DNA of 57,917 nt from a virus (lineage: Duplodnaviria; Caudoviricetes): positions 1-57,917 of IMG/VR virus record IMGVR_UViG_3300042389_000654. The stretch is one strand, 5' to 3'. Under the pieces are notes generated by a model, which searched no databases, had not been told where the DNA came from, and saw only the letters and a program-made list of their open reading frames with translations. Every line of letters begins with the position of its first letter. The first letter of the stretch is position 1. Below are positions 1 through 7,844 of the stretch, one piece after another. The translations under genes were made by a program, and so were the position numbers.

Positions 1-47
1 TCCTGTTATACTTGAAATAACAACAAACAAAAAGGAGAAAAATACCT

Positions 48-1064
48 ATGGCACATGACCTAGAAAGTCAAAACGGAAAAGCGTCTTTTGCGTCTTTCCG
101 TGAACCTGCATGGCATGGATTGGGAACTGTATTCACAGAGGAAAAAAACACCACAGAAATGCTGGAAGCAGCAAATCTAAATGGTTGGAATGTCCGTCTG
201 CAAGATATGGAAATTCCATCTACACTAACAAGCGATAAATCATATCAATATGTTTTACGCACTAACCCTACTAATAACACCCAGACCGATGTTTTGGGAA
301 TTGTTGGTGAGCGATATGTTCCACTACAAAATGAAGATTTATTTTCATTCGGTGATAATATCCTAGATGGTGGCGGTCGTTGGGAAACCGCAGGTTCAAT
401 CAAGGGTGGTCGTGTTGTATTCGGCTCTCTTGCATTAGAGCGTGAGACAATCTTAGACCCTAGCGGTGTTGCAGATAAGGTTAAAACTTATCTACTTATC
501 AACACATCACACGATGGCTCAATCGCTATTCAAGCAAGCATTACACCTGTTCGTGTTGTGTGCGCTAACACTCTTAACCTTGCACTAAATCAAAAGAAAA
601 AGAAAAATGGTGTCAAGCAATCTTTCAAGATTCGCCACACTCAGACCGCAGAAGGCAAAATCCAAATTGCTCGTGAGACTTTGGGCATGGCTAATGCATA
701 CATGGATGAATTCGACATCATGGCTAAAGCGATGATTGAGAAGGAAGTTTCTGCTAAGCAATTCAATGACATTATTCTTGCGGCATATGCTAAGCCAGAA
801 AAAGATGTTAAGGGTGCAATTACAAAATGGGAAAATAAAGTTGATTTAATCAACGATATTTACACAGGAGAATTTAACGGAATGATTTCAGGAAATGCTT
901 GGGGTGCTTTCAATGCACTAACCGAACGCCTTGATTGGTATCGTTCTGCTCGTGGTGGTTCCAATGAATCTATTCTCGCTTCTGCTAGTGGATTTGACCC
1001 TGCAATTAACGCAGAGAAAAATCGTTTGCTAAAAGTTGTGCAGAATGTTATGCAACTTGCATAG
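48..1064 (+). CDS. DUF932 / TIGR03299-like phage-plasmid protein
   Basis: AWHGLG N-terminus; YLLINTSHDGS, TPVRVVCANTL and IRHT motifs typical of DUF932; AGGAG RBS upstream. Confidence 0.85.
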   Translation: MAHDLESQNGKASFASFREPAWHGLGTVFTEEKNTTEMLEAANLNGWNVRLQDMEIPSTLTSDKSYQYVLRTNPTNNTQTDVLGIVGERYVPLQNEDLFSFGDNILDGGGRWETAGSIKGGRVVFGSLALERETILDPSGVADKVKTYLLINTSHDGSIAIQASITPVRVVCANTLNLALNQKKKKNGVKQSFKIRHTQTAEGKIQIARETLGMANAYMDEFDIMAKAMIEKEVSAKQFNDIILAAYAKPEKDVKGAITKWENKVDLINDIYTGEFNGMISGNAWGAFNALTERLDWYRSARGGSNESILASASGFDPAINAEKNRLLKVVQNVMQLA

Positions 1065-1116
1065 CATAATTTAATATATGCCACCTGAGTAAGTGGATGC
1101 AAAAACTGCTCATCTT

Positions 1117-1193
1117 GATCTGTTAGCTCAGTTGGTTAGAGCGCTACCCTGTCACGGTAGAGGTCGTGGGTTCAAGTCCCATACAGGTCGCCA
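1117..1193 (+). tRNA. tRNA-Asp (GTC)
   Basis: Full cloverleaf: acceptor GATCTGT/ACAGGTC, anticodon arm CTACC-CTGTCAC-GGTAG, T-loop TTCAAGT, encoded CCA. Confidence 0.95.
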
Positions 1194-1247
1194 GGAAATC
1201 GGGGCCGGGGCCCCAAAAATGTCATTTTGCAAATCTATTAAGAAGAC

Positions 1248-1276
1248 TTGATATTTTCCCCATTTTAGGCTACAAT
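1248..1276 (+). promoter_or_regulatory. sigma70-type promoter driving a leaderless mRNA
   Basis: TTGATA-17 bp-TACAAT; ATG at 1283 is 6 nt after the -10. Confidence 0.7.
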
Positions 1277-1282
1277 TAATAT

Positions 1283-1435
1283 ATGACCACCAAAACAAAT
1301 GAGAAGACCATAGCACAATTAGTAGAAACCATATATGAGGATAATTACTCTCATATTGACTTTATGGATAATATGGGGGGAGATTGTGATTGTCAAATCC
1401 ACTCTACTCTTAATACTATTATAAGGTATTGGTAA
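1283..1435 (+). CDS. small hypothetical protein (50 aa)
   Basis: Read by hand (MTTKTNEK...GDCDCQIH...RYW); follows a promoter; below the ORF-track size cutoff. Confidence 0.6.
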   Translation: MTTKTNEKTIAQLVETIYEDNYSHIDFMDNMGGDCDCQIHSTLNTIIRYW

Positions 1436-1437
1436 TC

Positions 1438-1590
1438 ATGTTAGGATATGAATTATCTGATCAAGAGGATATGGTAGTAGCTATACAAAATGCCATGAAC
1501 TCATCTACTTTAAGTAAAGAAACATATGCAGGTCTTGATATGGCTTATTTGTTTCTACAAGGACTATGGGCAGAAGGGTATTTTGACTAA
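1438..1590 (+). CDS. small hypothetical protein (50 aa)
   Basis: Read by hand (MLGYELSDQED...LQGLWAEGYFD); starts 2 nt after the previous stop. Confidence 0.6.
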   Translation: MLGYELSDQEDMVVAIQNAMNSSTLSKETYAGLDMAYLFLQGLWAEGYFD

Positions 1591-1691
1591 TAGGGATGTG
1601 AGCAAGGTCACACCCTAAAAACCCATTACGAGGTTGCAACTGTCTCCCCTATCCACTACAATTATATTACGACACCAAAAGAAAGGACCCT

Positions 1692-2465
1692 ATGCCAAAT
1701 TGGGTATATAACACATTAACTATCCAAGGACCTAAGTCTGAGGTAGATATGATTAAAGATAGATTAAATAAGCCATTTACATTAGCCCAAGAGACATTCG
1801 GTATGGGTGATATATCTACTATGGGGTTTCCTACTAAGGTTACTCAGGTATCTTATTCTAATCCCGTTTTTTCTTTTAATAATATCCACTCATATAAAGA
1901 TGACGGTATTACTGATGAAGAGTATGCCTGCCAGCCTGACCGTGGTGGTATAGATATGAATTCACCTGATTGGTTTGTTAAGTCTGTTGAGTTTGCTAAG
2001 ACTCAGAAGGATTGGTATTCTTGGAATACATCTAACTGGGGAACTAAATGGGATGTAGCCGTTCGTGACGGTGATGAATATCCAAACACAGAACTAATTC
2101 AATATAAATCAGAAGGCGATGACAACTGGGTTATATACAGGTATGAAACTGCTTGGTCACCTGCTGTAACTATCTTAACTAAACTATCTAATCTTGTTCC
2201 TAACTGCCTACTCACATTAGAGTATGAGGAAGAAACAGGTTGGGGTGGAGAGTATGAGATTGTTCGTGGTGAAGTTAAAGAGATTCTAGATTATGAGAAC
2301 CGTTGCTCCGAATGTGATTCACATAATACTATGGATTACTGTGAAGATGAGTGCGGTGAATTCTGCTCAGAATGTAATTATGGTTCTTGGCAGGATGAAG
2401 AGGCTATGGCTAAATGTCAGACCCACATGGCATTATTAAAATCTACAGAAAAAATCGAGGTATAG
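1692..2465 (+). CDS. Api92/YubB-like ferredoxin-fold protein with C-terminal Cys cluster
   Basis: MPNWxxN start; DWYSWNxxNWGTKWD and ETAWSP motifs; CxxC motifs at the C-terminus. Confidence 0.7.
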   Translation: MPNWVYNTLTIQGPKSEVDMIKDRLNKPFTLAQETFGMGDISTMGFPTKVTQVSYSNPVFSFNNIHSYKDDGITDEEYACQPDRGGIDMNSPDWFVKSVEFAKTQKDWYSWNTSNWGTKWDVAVRDGDEYPNTELIQYKSEGDDNWVIYRYETAWSPAVTILTKLSNLVPNCLLTLEYEEETGWGGEYEIVRGEVKEILDYENRCSECDSHNTMDYCEDECGEFCSECNYGSWQDEEAMAKCQTHMALLKSTEKIEV

Positions 2466-2468
2466 ACA

Positions 2469-2699
2469 ATGTTGAATAACCTTATTGAATATATTAAGAT
2501 ACATGAAATTAGTTTATTACAAGACGCTGAAAAGCTTCAAACCTTAATGGATGAATTTGAAGGTGATTACGATTCATATGAATATCGTGAATTGGAAACA
2601 GAGGATGTTATTAATACTGGGGAGCTTATTGCCACCAGGCATTTATTGTCAGTGGCCACAGATATACTTAATAATGACCACCAAGGAAAGGGATACTAA
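2469..2699 (+). CDS. hypothetical acidic protein
   Basis: ORF in a tightly packed operon. Confidence 0.65.
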   Translation: MLNNLIEYIKIHEISLLQDAEKLQTLMDEFEGDYDSYEYRELETEDVINTGELIATRHLLSVATDILNNDHQGKGY

Positions 2700-2956
2700 T
2701 GAAACCACTACCACCACATTTACAACGCATGGTTGATTCAGGAGTAAGCGGTCTTGATATCATGCATGGTGAATTAAAAAACTGGATGTTAATGGCTGAA
2801 CAAGACCTAGCAGAGGCTAGTGAGCAAGAGCAAAGAACCGAAGAAGCAATGGATTCTATGGTCCGCACAGAATGTGAAGGACGCCTTGACGCCTTGACTG
2901 CAATATATCAATTAACATATGACCTTTCATTTGCAATAGGTGATAAGAATGCCTAA
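2699..2956 (+). CDS. hypothetical protein
   Basis: TAATG coupling with the upstream gene. Confidence 0.7.
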   Translation: MKPLPPHLQRMVDSGVSGLDIMHGELKNWMLMAEQDLAEASEQEQRTEEAMDSMVRTECEGRLDALTAIYQLTYDLSFAIGDKNA

Positions 2957-3128
2957 GTGTTTAGATTGTAATAATACAACTACCTTCACATATATGGAGG
3001 ATAGCTATAACGAAGCCGATTACGATCAGAACGGTGAACTTGCGGATGTCACATATAAGGAGTATTATGATATACGTGAGGCAACTTGCAAAAAATGTAA
3101 TTCCACCAATATCGAAGGGAAACTATGA
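2949..3128 (+). CDS. small zinc-ribbon protein
   Basis: CLDC...CKKC; start moved to the ATG at 2949. Confidence 0.65.
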   Translation: MPKCLDCNNTTTFTYMEDSYNEADYDQNGELADVTYKEYYDIREATCKKCNSTNIEGKL

Positions 3129-3445
3129 AAACTACACTAACTGACTTAATATACGCAGGCTCATTTGCCGTTGACTCAGGTCAAGCAATGGTTGGCGACC
3201 CATGCTATTTAGATGAATGGGATACTAATAAAAACGAGGAATGGAATATCGAAGGCAAGCAAGGTCAATACTCTTATCATGGTGCTAGTGCTACTACACT
3301 AGAAAATGGTTATGGTGCTTTAGATATTGGTAAAGCCATAGTATTTAACACAGGCTATGGAGACGGCGTTTATCCTGTATATGTAAAACTTAATGATGAC
3401 GGCAGAGTATCAATGGTTGTAATTGACTTTGAGGGAGAAGAATAA
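3125..3445 (+). CDS. DUF4241-like protein
   Basis: VDSGQAMVGDPCY and TGYGDGVYPVY motifs. Confidence 0.65.
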   Translation: MKTTLTDLIYAGSFAVDSGQAMVGDPCYLDEWDTNKNEEWNIEGKQGQYSYHGASATTLENGYGALDIGKAIVFNTGYGDGVYPVYVKLNDDGRVSMVVIDFEGEE

Positions 3446-3807
3446 TGGGAGCACGTATTAATTATATATTTAAAAACAATGAGGGGCCGCATGTGGTTTT
3501 ATATAGCCACTGGGGTGAGAGTGATTGGAAGACTGACATTGCTGCAGCTCTAGACCATGCACGTCCAAGGTGGGGCGACGAATCATATCTAACACGTATG
3601 ATTATTAGCTATCTTATTCAAGACCAATTGCTAGACCAGCACGGTTTTGGTATTTATGCTATTAATGATATCTCTAGGGACCTAGGAGATACAACTGTCA
3701 TTATTGATATTAATCAAGAGACTGTCATTGACGACGGTAACAAAGTAGACTGGGACTTATTTATCCAGGCCTATGGACCAAAGATCTTAGCTGAGCAGGC
3801 GGTGTAG
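3445..3807 (+). CDS. hypothetical phage protein
   Basis: MGAR...LYSHWG motif; TAATG coupling. Confidence 0.7.
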   Translation: MGARINYIFKNNEGPHVVLYSHWGESDWKTDIAAALDHARPRWGDESYLTRMIISYLIQDQLLDQHGFGIYAINDISRDLGDTTVIIDINQETVIDDGNKVDWDLFIQAYGPKILAEQAV

Positions 3808-3828
3808 TGGGGAATACCGCTAACAGGT

Positions 3829-3872
3829 TGAAGGGCGTATACTGTGGTGGGTTGCGCCCTTCACCACTTTTT
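3829..3872 (+). terminator. intrinsic terminator-like hairpin(s)
   Basis: TGAAGGGCGTA/TGCGCCCTTCA stem, with TTTTT at 3868-3872. Confidence 0.55.
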
Positions 3873-3898
3873 GATATAATGAACTGAGAGGAGTTTGT

Positions 3899-4135
3899 AT
3901 GTATCGTATTAGCAAGGCAGTTAATACCAGCATTGAGGAAAAAACCGCAATAGGTATAGGCAAACTACTTTCCAACTTTCACCTTGATTTAGAGAAGGTT
4001 GGTTATTACTTAGCCAAAGCCACACCATATTTGGTTTATCGCAGGGCACTTGAAGTATTAGAATCAGCACAATTCCAACAAGACATAGAGGAACAGAAAC
4101 GGATAGAGTATGGAAAATATGACAAACTTTACTAA
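3899..4135 (+). CDS. hypothetical protein
   Basis: GAGGAG RBS and TGATATAAT -10 upstream. Confidence 0.75.
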   Translation: MYRISKAVNTSIEEKTAIGIGKLLSNFHLDLEKVGYYLAKATPYLVYRRALEVLESAQFQQDIEEQKRIEYGKYDKLY

Positions 4136-4388
4136 CAGATGTGAAATACTAGGACAGTTCTATTCCCAATACCGAGAGGTAAAAGATTTTACAGACTTTA
4201 TGGATTTTAATGATTTGGGTTTGCCTCTAGCATATTTTGTATCAGAAGATTTAGTTGAGGTTTCTGATGATGGTGTTAGATATATAAATGAAACATGGGA
4301 TTTATTTATTGCATCATTGGAAATAAAAGATACAGGGTTTGATGCTTTAGAAGATGTATTTTTTGCAGCAGGGGAATCTCAAAAATAA
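4110..4388 (+). CDS. hypothetical protein
   Basis: ORF overlapping the previous gene; FNDLGLPLAY. Confidence 0.7.
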   Translation: MENMTNFTNRCEILGQFYSQYREVKDFTDFMDFNDLGLPLAYFVSEDLVEVSDDGVRYINETWDLFIASLEIKDTGFDALEDVFFAAGESQK

Positions 4389-4427
4389 AAGCTTAGCCCC
4401 CCTGCGGGGGCCCGGGGCCCTATTTAC

Positions 4428-4991
4428 CAAACCTTAAAACCTTATTACGATAAAGACATTACGATCCCAAACCTTATTTTCCAGAAATACATTAAGAACC
4501 TTTTCTAAAAAATCGCTGAAAGTTTTCAAACCTTATATAAGGTGTATAATGTATCTATGAGTCCAAGACATTTTTCTAATAAGGGTGGACCTTATTTCAT
4601 TAATGATGGTTTTACAAAACAAAACGATCCTATACCTACTACTAAGGTTTCTACTATAGATAGGATTAAATCTTTCTTTAAGTCCCGGGCCAAAAAGCAA
4701 AACTAATAACCTAATTAGACATTACGACAGGCGCCAAAAAATCGCTGGAAGTTTTGCGGGATCCAGAAATCAATACACATAATACCCCCTATATAAAACA
4801 ATAGAATATCAAACCTTTTCTCCTGGTTTTTAAATATTTATCAAACCTTTTATATATTTTTTCCTGGTTTTCTGGGCAAATTTGGATATTTTTTTATAGG
4901 GTTTTAAGGTTTGACAAACCATTATATATGTGGTATAAGGTCATATTGGATATAAAGGTTTGACATATAAGGTTTGGTATGGTAAGGTTTG
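4428..4991. repeat. dispersed 8-mer repeats: CAAACCTT (x5) followed by inverted AAGGTTTG (x4)
   Basis: Forward copies at 4428, 4468, 4527, 4810, 4842; reverse copies at 4906, 4955, 4969, 4984; further near-matches. Confidence 0.8.
4557..4706 (+). CDS. small hypothetical protein (49 aa), leaderless
   Basis: TATAAT at 4545-4550, ATG 6 nt later; MSPRHFSNKGGPYF... Confidence 0.55.
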   Translation: MSPRHFSNKGGPYFINDGFTKQNDPIPTTKVSTIDRIKSFFKSRAKKQN

Positions 4992-5094
4992 GCCGCCAGA
5001 CATTACGAAGCCCCTTATAAAATCGCTCAATAACCCATTTCCCTCCCTTTTCCTCCACCAAAACCATATATTAAAAATATCAGTAAGATTTATA

Positions 5095-5147
5095 TGTGGA
5101 TAACCTGTGGATAACTAACATATTTTAGGCTATTTACATGTGGATAA
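5095..5147 (-). promoter_or_regulatory. three perfect DnaA boxes (TTATCCACA)
   Basis: TGTGGATAA on the + strand at 5095-5103, 5106-5114 and 5139-5147. Confidence 0.75.
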
Positions 5148-5167
5148 CTATCTGATATGATGGGTAT

Positions 5168-5254
5168 ATGAAACAACTTCTTATAGGATTATTACTATTA
5201 TTTCTCTTTGCTAACTACATGGCATATCTACAACATCTACGTATGACTCAATAA
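5168..5254 (+). CDS. tiny membrane peptide (28 aa), leaderless
   Basis: TTTACA-17-TATGAT then ATG 6 nt later; MKQLLIGLLLLFLFANYMAYLQ. Confidence 0.5.
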   Translation: MKQLLIGLLLLFLFANYMAYLQHLRMTQ

Positions 5255-5381
5255 TTTCCAGGGGATAAACAATCCTGGCTATCTGGGATATAGGTCATAT
5301 CCGTATATCTGGGGTGTATTACTACTAGGGGTAATAGTGCTTCTTCTTGACTTTCCCCCGAAAATTTGAGATAATAGATAC

Positions 5382-5678
5382 ATGTCTATTAAACAAGTTA
5401 GAACAAAAAACAATACCTATAGCACTGTCAAGTATGATAGTGAAGGAAAGATCTTAACCCCAAGCAGACTAAGAGAGCTTAGAAAACTTAAAAAGGTTGC
5501 TAAAGAACTTCCTAAAAAGAACCATAAGAAGAAAACTAAAAGCTCTAAATGGATTAGGCTTGAAAGCAAGTTTGAGGGGGTCTGCTGTGCCTGCAACAAC
5601 AATATCTATACTGGAACAGAAATCTTATGGAACAGAAAAAATAAAAAAACTAAGCATAGATTTTGTGCTACCGTATGA
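5382..5678 (+). CDS. basic hypothetical protein with CxxC...HxxC
   Basis: TTGACT-17-GATAAT leaderless promoter; Lys-rich. Confidence 0.65.
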   Translation: MSIKQVRTKNNTYSTVKYDSEGKILTPSRLRELRKLKKVAKELPKKNHKKKTKSSKWIRLESKFEGVCCACNNNIYTGTEILWNRKNKKTKHRFCATV

Positions 5679-5869
5679 AATGTAAAAAATGTGGGATGGA
5701 ACAGGAAAACCTTGAATATTGGATTGTTCATCAAACCATGAGTGATAATACTATTTGGTGTGCTAATGCCAGATCTAAAAGAGTTGAAGATATAACTACC
5801 GATATTGTTAATAGATATAGGGCTGCAGTTAGATCTCAATATGGGAATAAGAAAAGACATAGGCAATAG
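5675..5869 (+). CDS. hypothetical protein (CxxC)
   Basis: ATGA overlap with the previous stop. Confidence 0.5.
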   Translation: MKCKKCGMEQENLEYWIVHQTMSDNTIWCANARSKRVEDITTDIVNRYRAAVRSQYGNKKRHRQ

Positions 5870-5959
5870 GAGATATTAACCGATATTGCCCGTGTAGGGC
5901 ATAGGGTGGTTTGTTTGTCTCTATTTTGCGCCGAACTTTAAATTTGATATAATGTTAAT

Positions 5960-6568
5960 ATGAAAATTCTTGTTCTTGCCCAATCCCGTTCGGGATCTAC
6001 GGGCTTTCAGGCATGGCTAAAGTCTGAGTTTAATGAACCCGTAATGCTTGAACCATTTAACCATAACAGGCTTCCACAGGAAGAGCTTGACCTCCAACTA
6101 GAAACAGTTAAATCTGATGATGGACTTATCTTAAAATTTGTAGACAATATGTATTTAGATATGCCACACATAAACGATGTTAATGTTCTTATGGGCTACT
6201 TTGATAAAGTCATTGGCCTAACCAGAGAAAATGATTACGATTGTGCTTACAGCAGGCTAATGAGTCATCTTTCAGATGATTGGAGAGGATCCCGTCAAAC
6301 CATAAAAGTAGATCAAGAAACAATAGACTCAAACCTTTTCCTAATGGATGAGTATACTAAACATGCTCAGCATCATAAGGCTTACATTAGATCGCTACCG
6401 ATTTTTCAAACCACATATGAAAAAATATATCAGGATAAAGATGTTAAGGACCTTATAGACTATTTAGAGATTGAGCCTAAGCACTTAGATTATCTATTTG
6501 AGAATAAAAATGTTACCAGCAACTGGAACATGAAGATGTATGAATACCACAAGCCTGTGATAGAATAG
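5960..6568 (+). CDS. sulfotransferase-like P-loop protein
   Basis: N-terminal LAQSRSGST matches the 5'-PSB loop; EPFN, LTREN...YS (3'-PB-like) and TYE motifs of Stf0-like sulfotransferases. Confidence 0.6.
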   Translation: MKILVLAQSRSGSTGFQAWLKSEFNEPVMLEPFNHNRLPQEELDLQLETVKSDDGLILKFVDNMYLDMPHINDVNVLMGYFDKVIGLTRENDYDCAYSRLMSHLSDDWRGSRQTIKVDQETIDSNLFLMDEYTKHAQHHKAYIRSLPIFQTTYEKIYQDKDVKDLIDYLEIEPKHLDYLFENKNVTSNWNMKMYEYHKPVIE

Positions 6569-6572
6569 ATAT

Positions 6573-6695
6573 ATGGAAGAAAAATGTTTTTATTGTAATA
6601 GGCCTGCTACTCATAACGATTTGGTTAAAGTGGGAGACGACTATAAGGTTGCTAATGTGTGCCTAAAGCATATATCTTTTAGTCTTACCAGCTAA
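6573..6695 (+). CDS. small Zn-binding protein (40 aa)
   Basis: MEEKCFYC...VCLKH, read by hand. Confidence 0.55.
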   Translation: MEEKCFYCNRPATHNDLVKVGDDYKVANVCLKHISFSLTS

Positions 6696-6699
6696 TATA

Positions 6700-7464
6700 C
6701 TAAGAATAGTTATAGTCGTCTGAAGCTTTAAACATATGTGTTGAATAATGAGAATACTTTTTTCTTAATGTTTCTTGATCATCATGTAGAAAACTCTCAA
6801 TCAGTTTATCTATTGGACCATCTTGCTTGTTTAAGTAATCTAATATAAGATGTGGGGCATCTCTGAATATTAAGAAGGAAGCATCAATATCTTCTGTTTT
6901 ACACATCTTTATGGTCTGATCAGAGGAGATTCTTTCTTCTTCATCCCCGCCAAGAATAATAAGATATTCAGTATCTTTTGCAAACTTAATAGTATGATTA
7001 ACTAAATTTTCTATTCTGTCAACAAAAAACTTAAAGTCCCCATTAAATCTTTTGGGATCAACATTAAGTATTGTGTATTGTGGTCCTATGGCTAAGCACT
7101 TTTCAACCTTTATAAAATTAGAAAGATAGACAGCTTCAAACCCACCCATAGACATTCCAGTGGTGTAAACCTTTTTATCTTTAATTAAATCTTTAATTTG
7201 TTCTATCACAAACTCTGCTGTAAAGTTATTAAAAAAACTAACTTCTGAGTCAACAATATGTATTATGTTTTTATCATTCTTTGTATAAAAATGTAGGCTC
7301 TCCCTTGGCATTCTAGGAAGTGCCATAGCAAAGGCAAATATGATTATTACAGAGTCTGAGTCATTGTCTATGTGAGATATTGTAATATTTTTATCTGCAT
7401 AGATACTTTGTTTTTTTTCATTTATTTCTTCTATGGTTAAATTTCTGTATGTTTGTTCAGGCAT
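6700..7464 (-). CDS. alpha/beta-hydrolase-fold protein
   Basis: GMSMGG nucleophile elbow and a late His (DAPH); likely start MPEQ at 7464, just after a TATACT -10. Confidence 0.6.
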   Translation of the reverse strand: MPEQTYRNLTIEEINEKKQSIYADKNITISHIDNDSDSVIIIFAFAMALPRMPRESLHFYTKNDKNIIHIVDSEVSFFNNFTAEFVIEQIKDLIKDKKVYTTGMSMGGFEAVYLSNFIKVEKCLAIGPQYTILNVDPKRFNGDFKFFVDRIENLVNHTIKFAKDTEYLIILGGDEEERISSDQTIKMCKTEDIDASFLIFRDAPHLILDYLNKQDGPIDKLIESFLHDDQETLRKKYSHYSTHMFKASDDYNYS

Positions 7465-7494
7465 AATATAAAGTATACCAGAGAAGTTTGGTCC

Positions 7495-7523
7495 TTGACA
7501 GCAAGGTTTTGTATAGATATAAT
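7495..7523 (+). promoter_or_regulatory. perfect consensus sigma70 promoter
   Basis: TTGACA-17 bp-TATAAT; ATG at 7530. Confidence 0.85.
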
Positions 7524-7529
7524 AGATAT

Positions 7530-7634
7530 ATGAATGCACCTAAGATTATGAATATGGACTGGAGAGCCTTGGGCTATTGGCCAGTATGGAAAAATGGTAA
7601 AAAGATATGGGTTAAAGATGAATCCAAAGATTAA
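7530..7634 (+). CDS. small hypothetical protein (34 aa), leaderless
   Basis: MNAPKIMNMDWRALGYWPVWKNGKKIWVKDESKD directly after the consensus promoter. Confidence 0.6.
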   Translation: MNAPKIMNMDWRALGYWPVWKNGKKIWVKDESKD

Positions 7635-7779
7635 ATATATGACTTATGATTTTTATGCAGGTGAGTGGCATGGCAATTGTGGTGCTTGTTTTACTGACTT
7701 ATTTGCCCCCACAAAATCAGAGTATTTAATGCAATTTTCAAAACACACACACTCAGATAAATGTTTGGGTGGATACTAA
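7618..7779 (+). CDS. small Cys/His protein
   Basis: CGAC...HTHSDKC. Confidence 0.55.
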   Translation: MNPKIKYMTYDFYAGEWHGNCGACFTDLFAPTKSEYLMQFSKHTHSDKCLGGY

Positions 7780-7844
7780 AACATATCGTTTGACTTATGT
7801 AGCAAAATAGTGTATGCTTATAAATAACAAAGAAAGGTAACAAA

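Noticed and set aside
1194-1240. HDV-like (theta) ribozyme after tRNA-Asp
   Set aside because: I could not build the nested double pseudoknot; only a GC islet is present
4389-5381. Possible CRISPR or mini-array, given a Cas4-like gene in the window
   Set aside because: Repeats are only 8-20 nt, irregularly spaced and partly inverted; the Cas4-like gene sits in a recombination operon with no other cas genes
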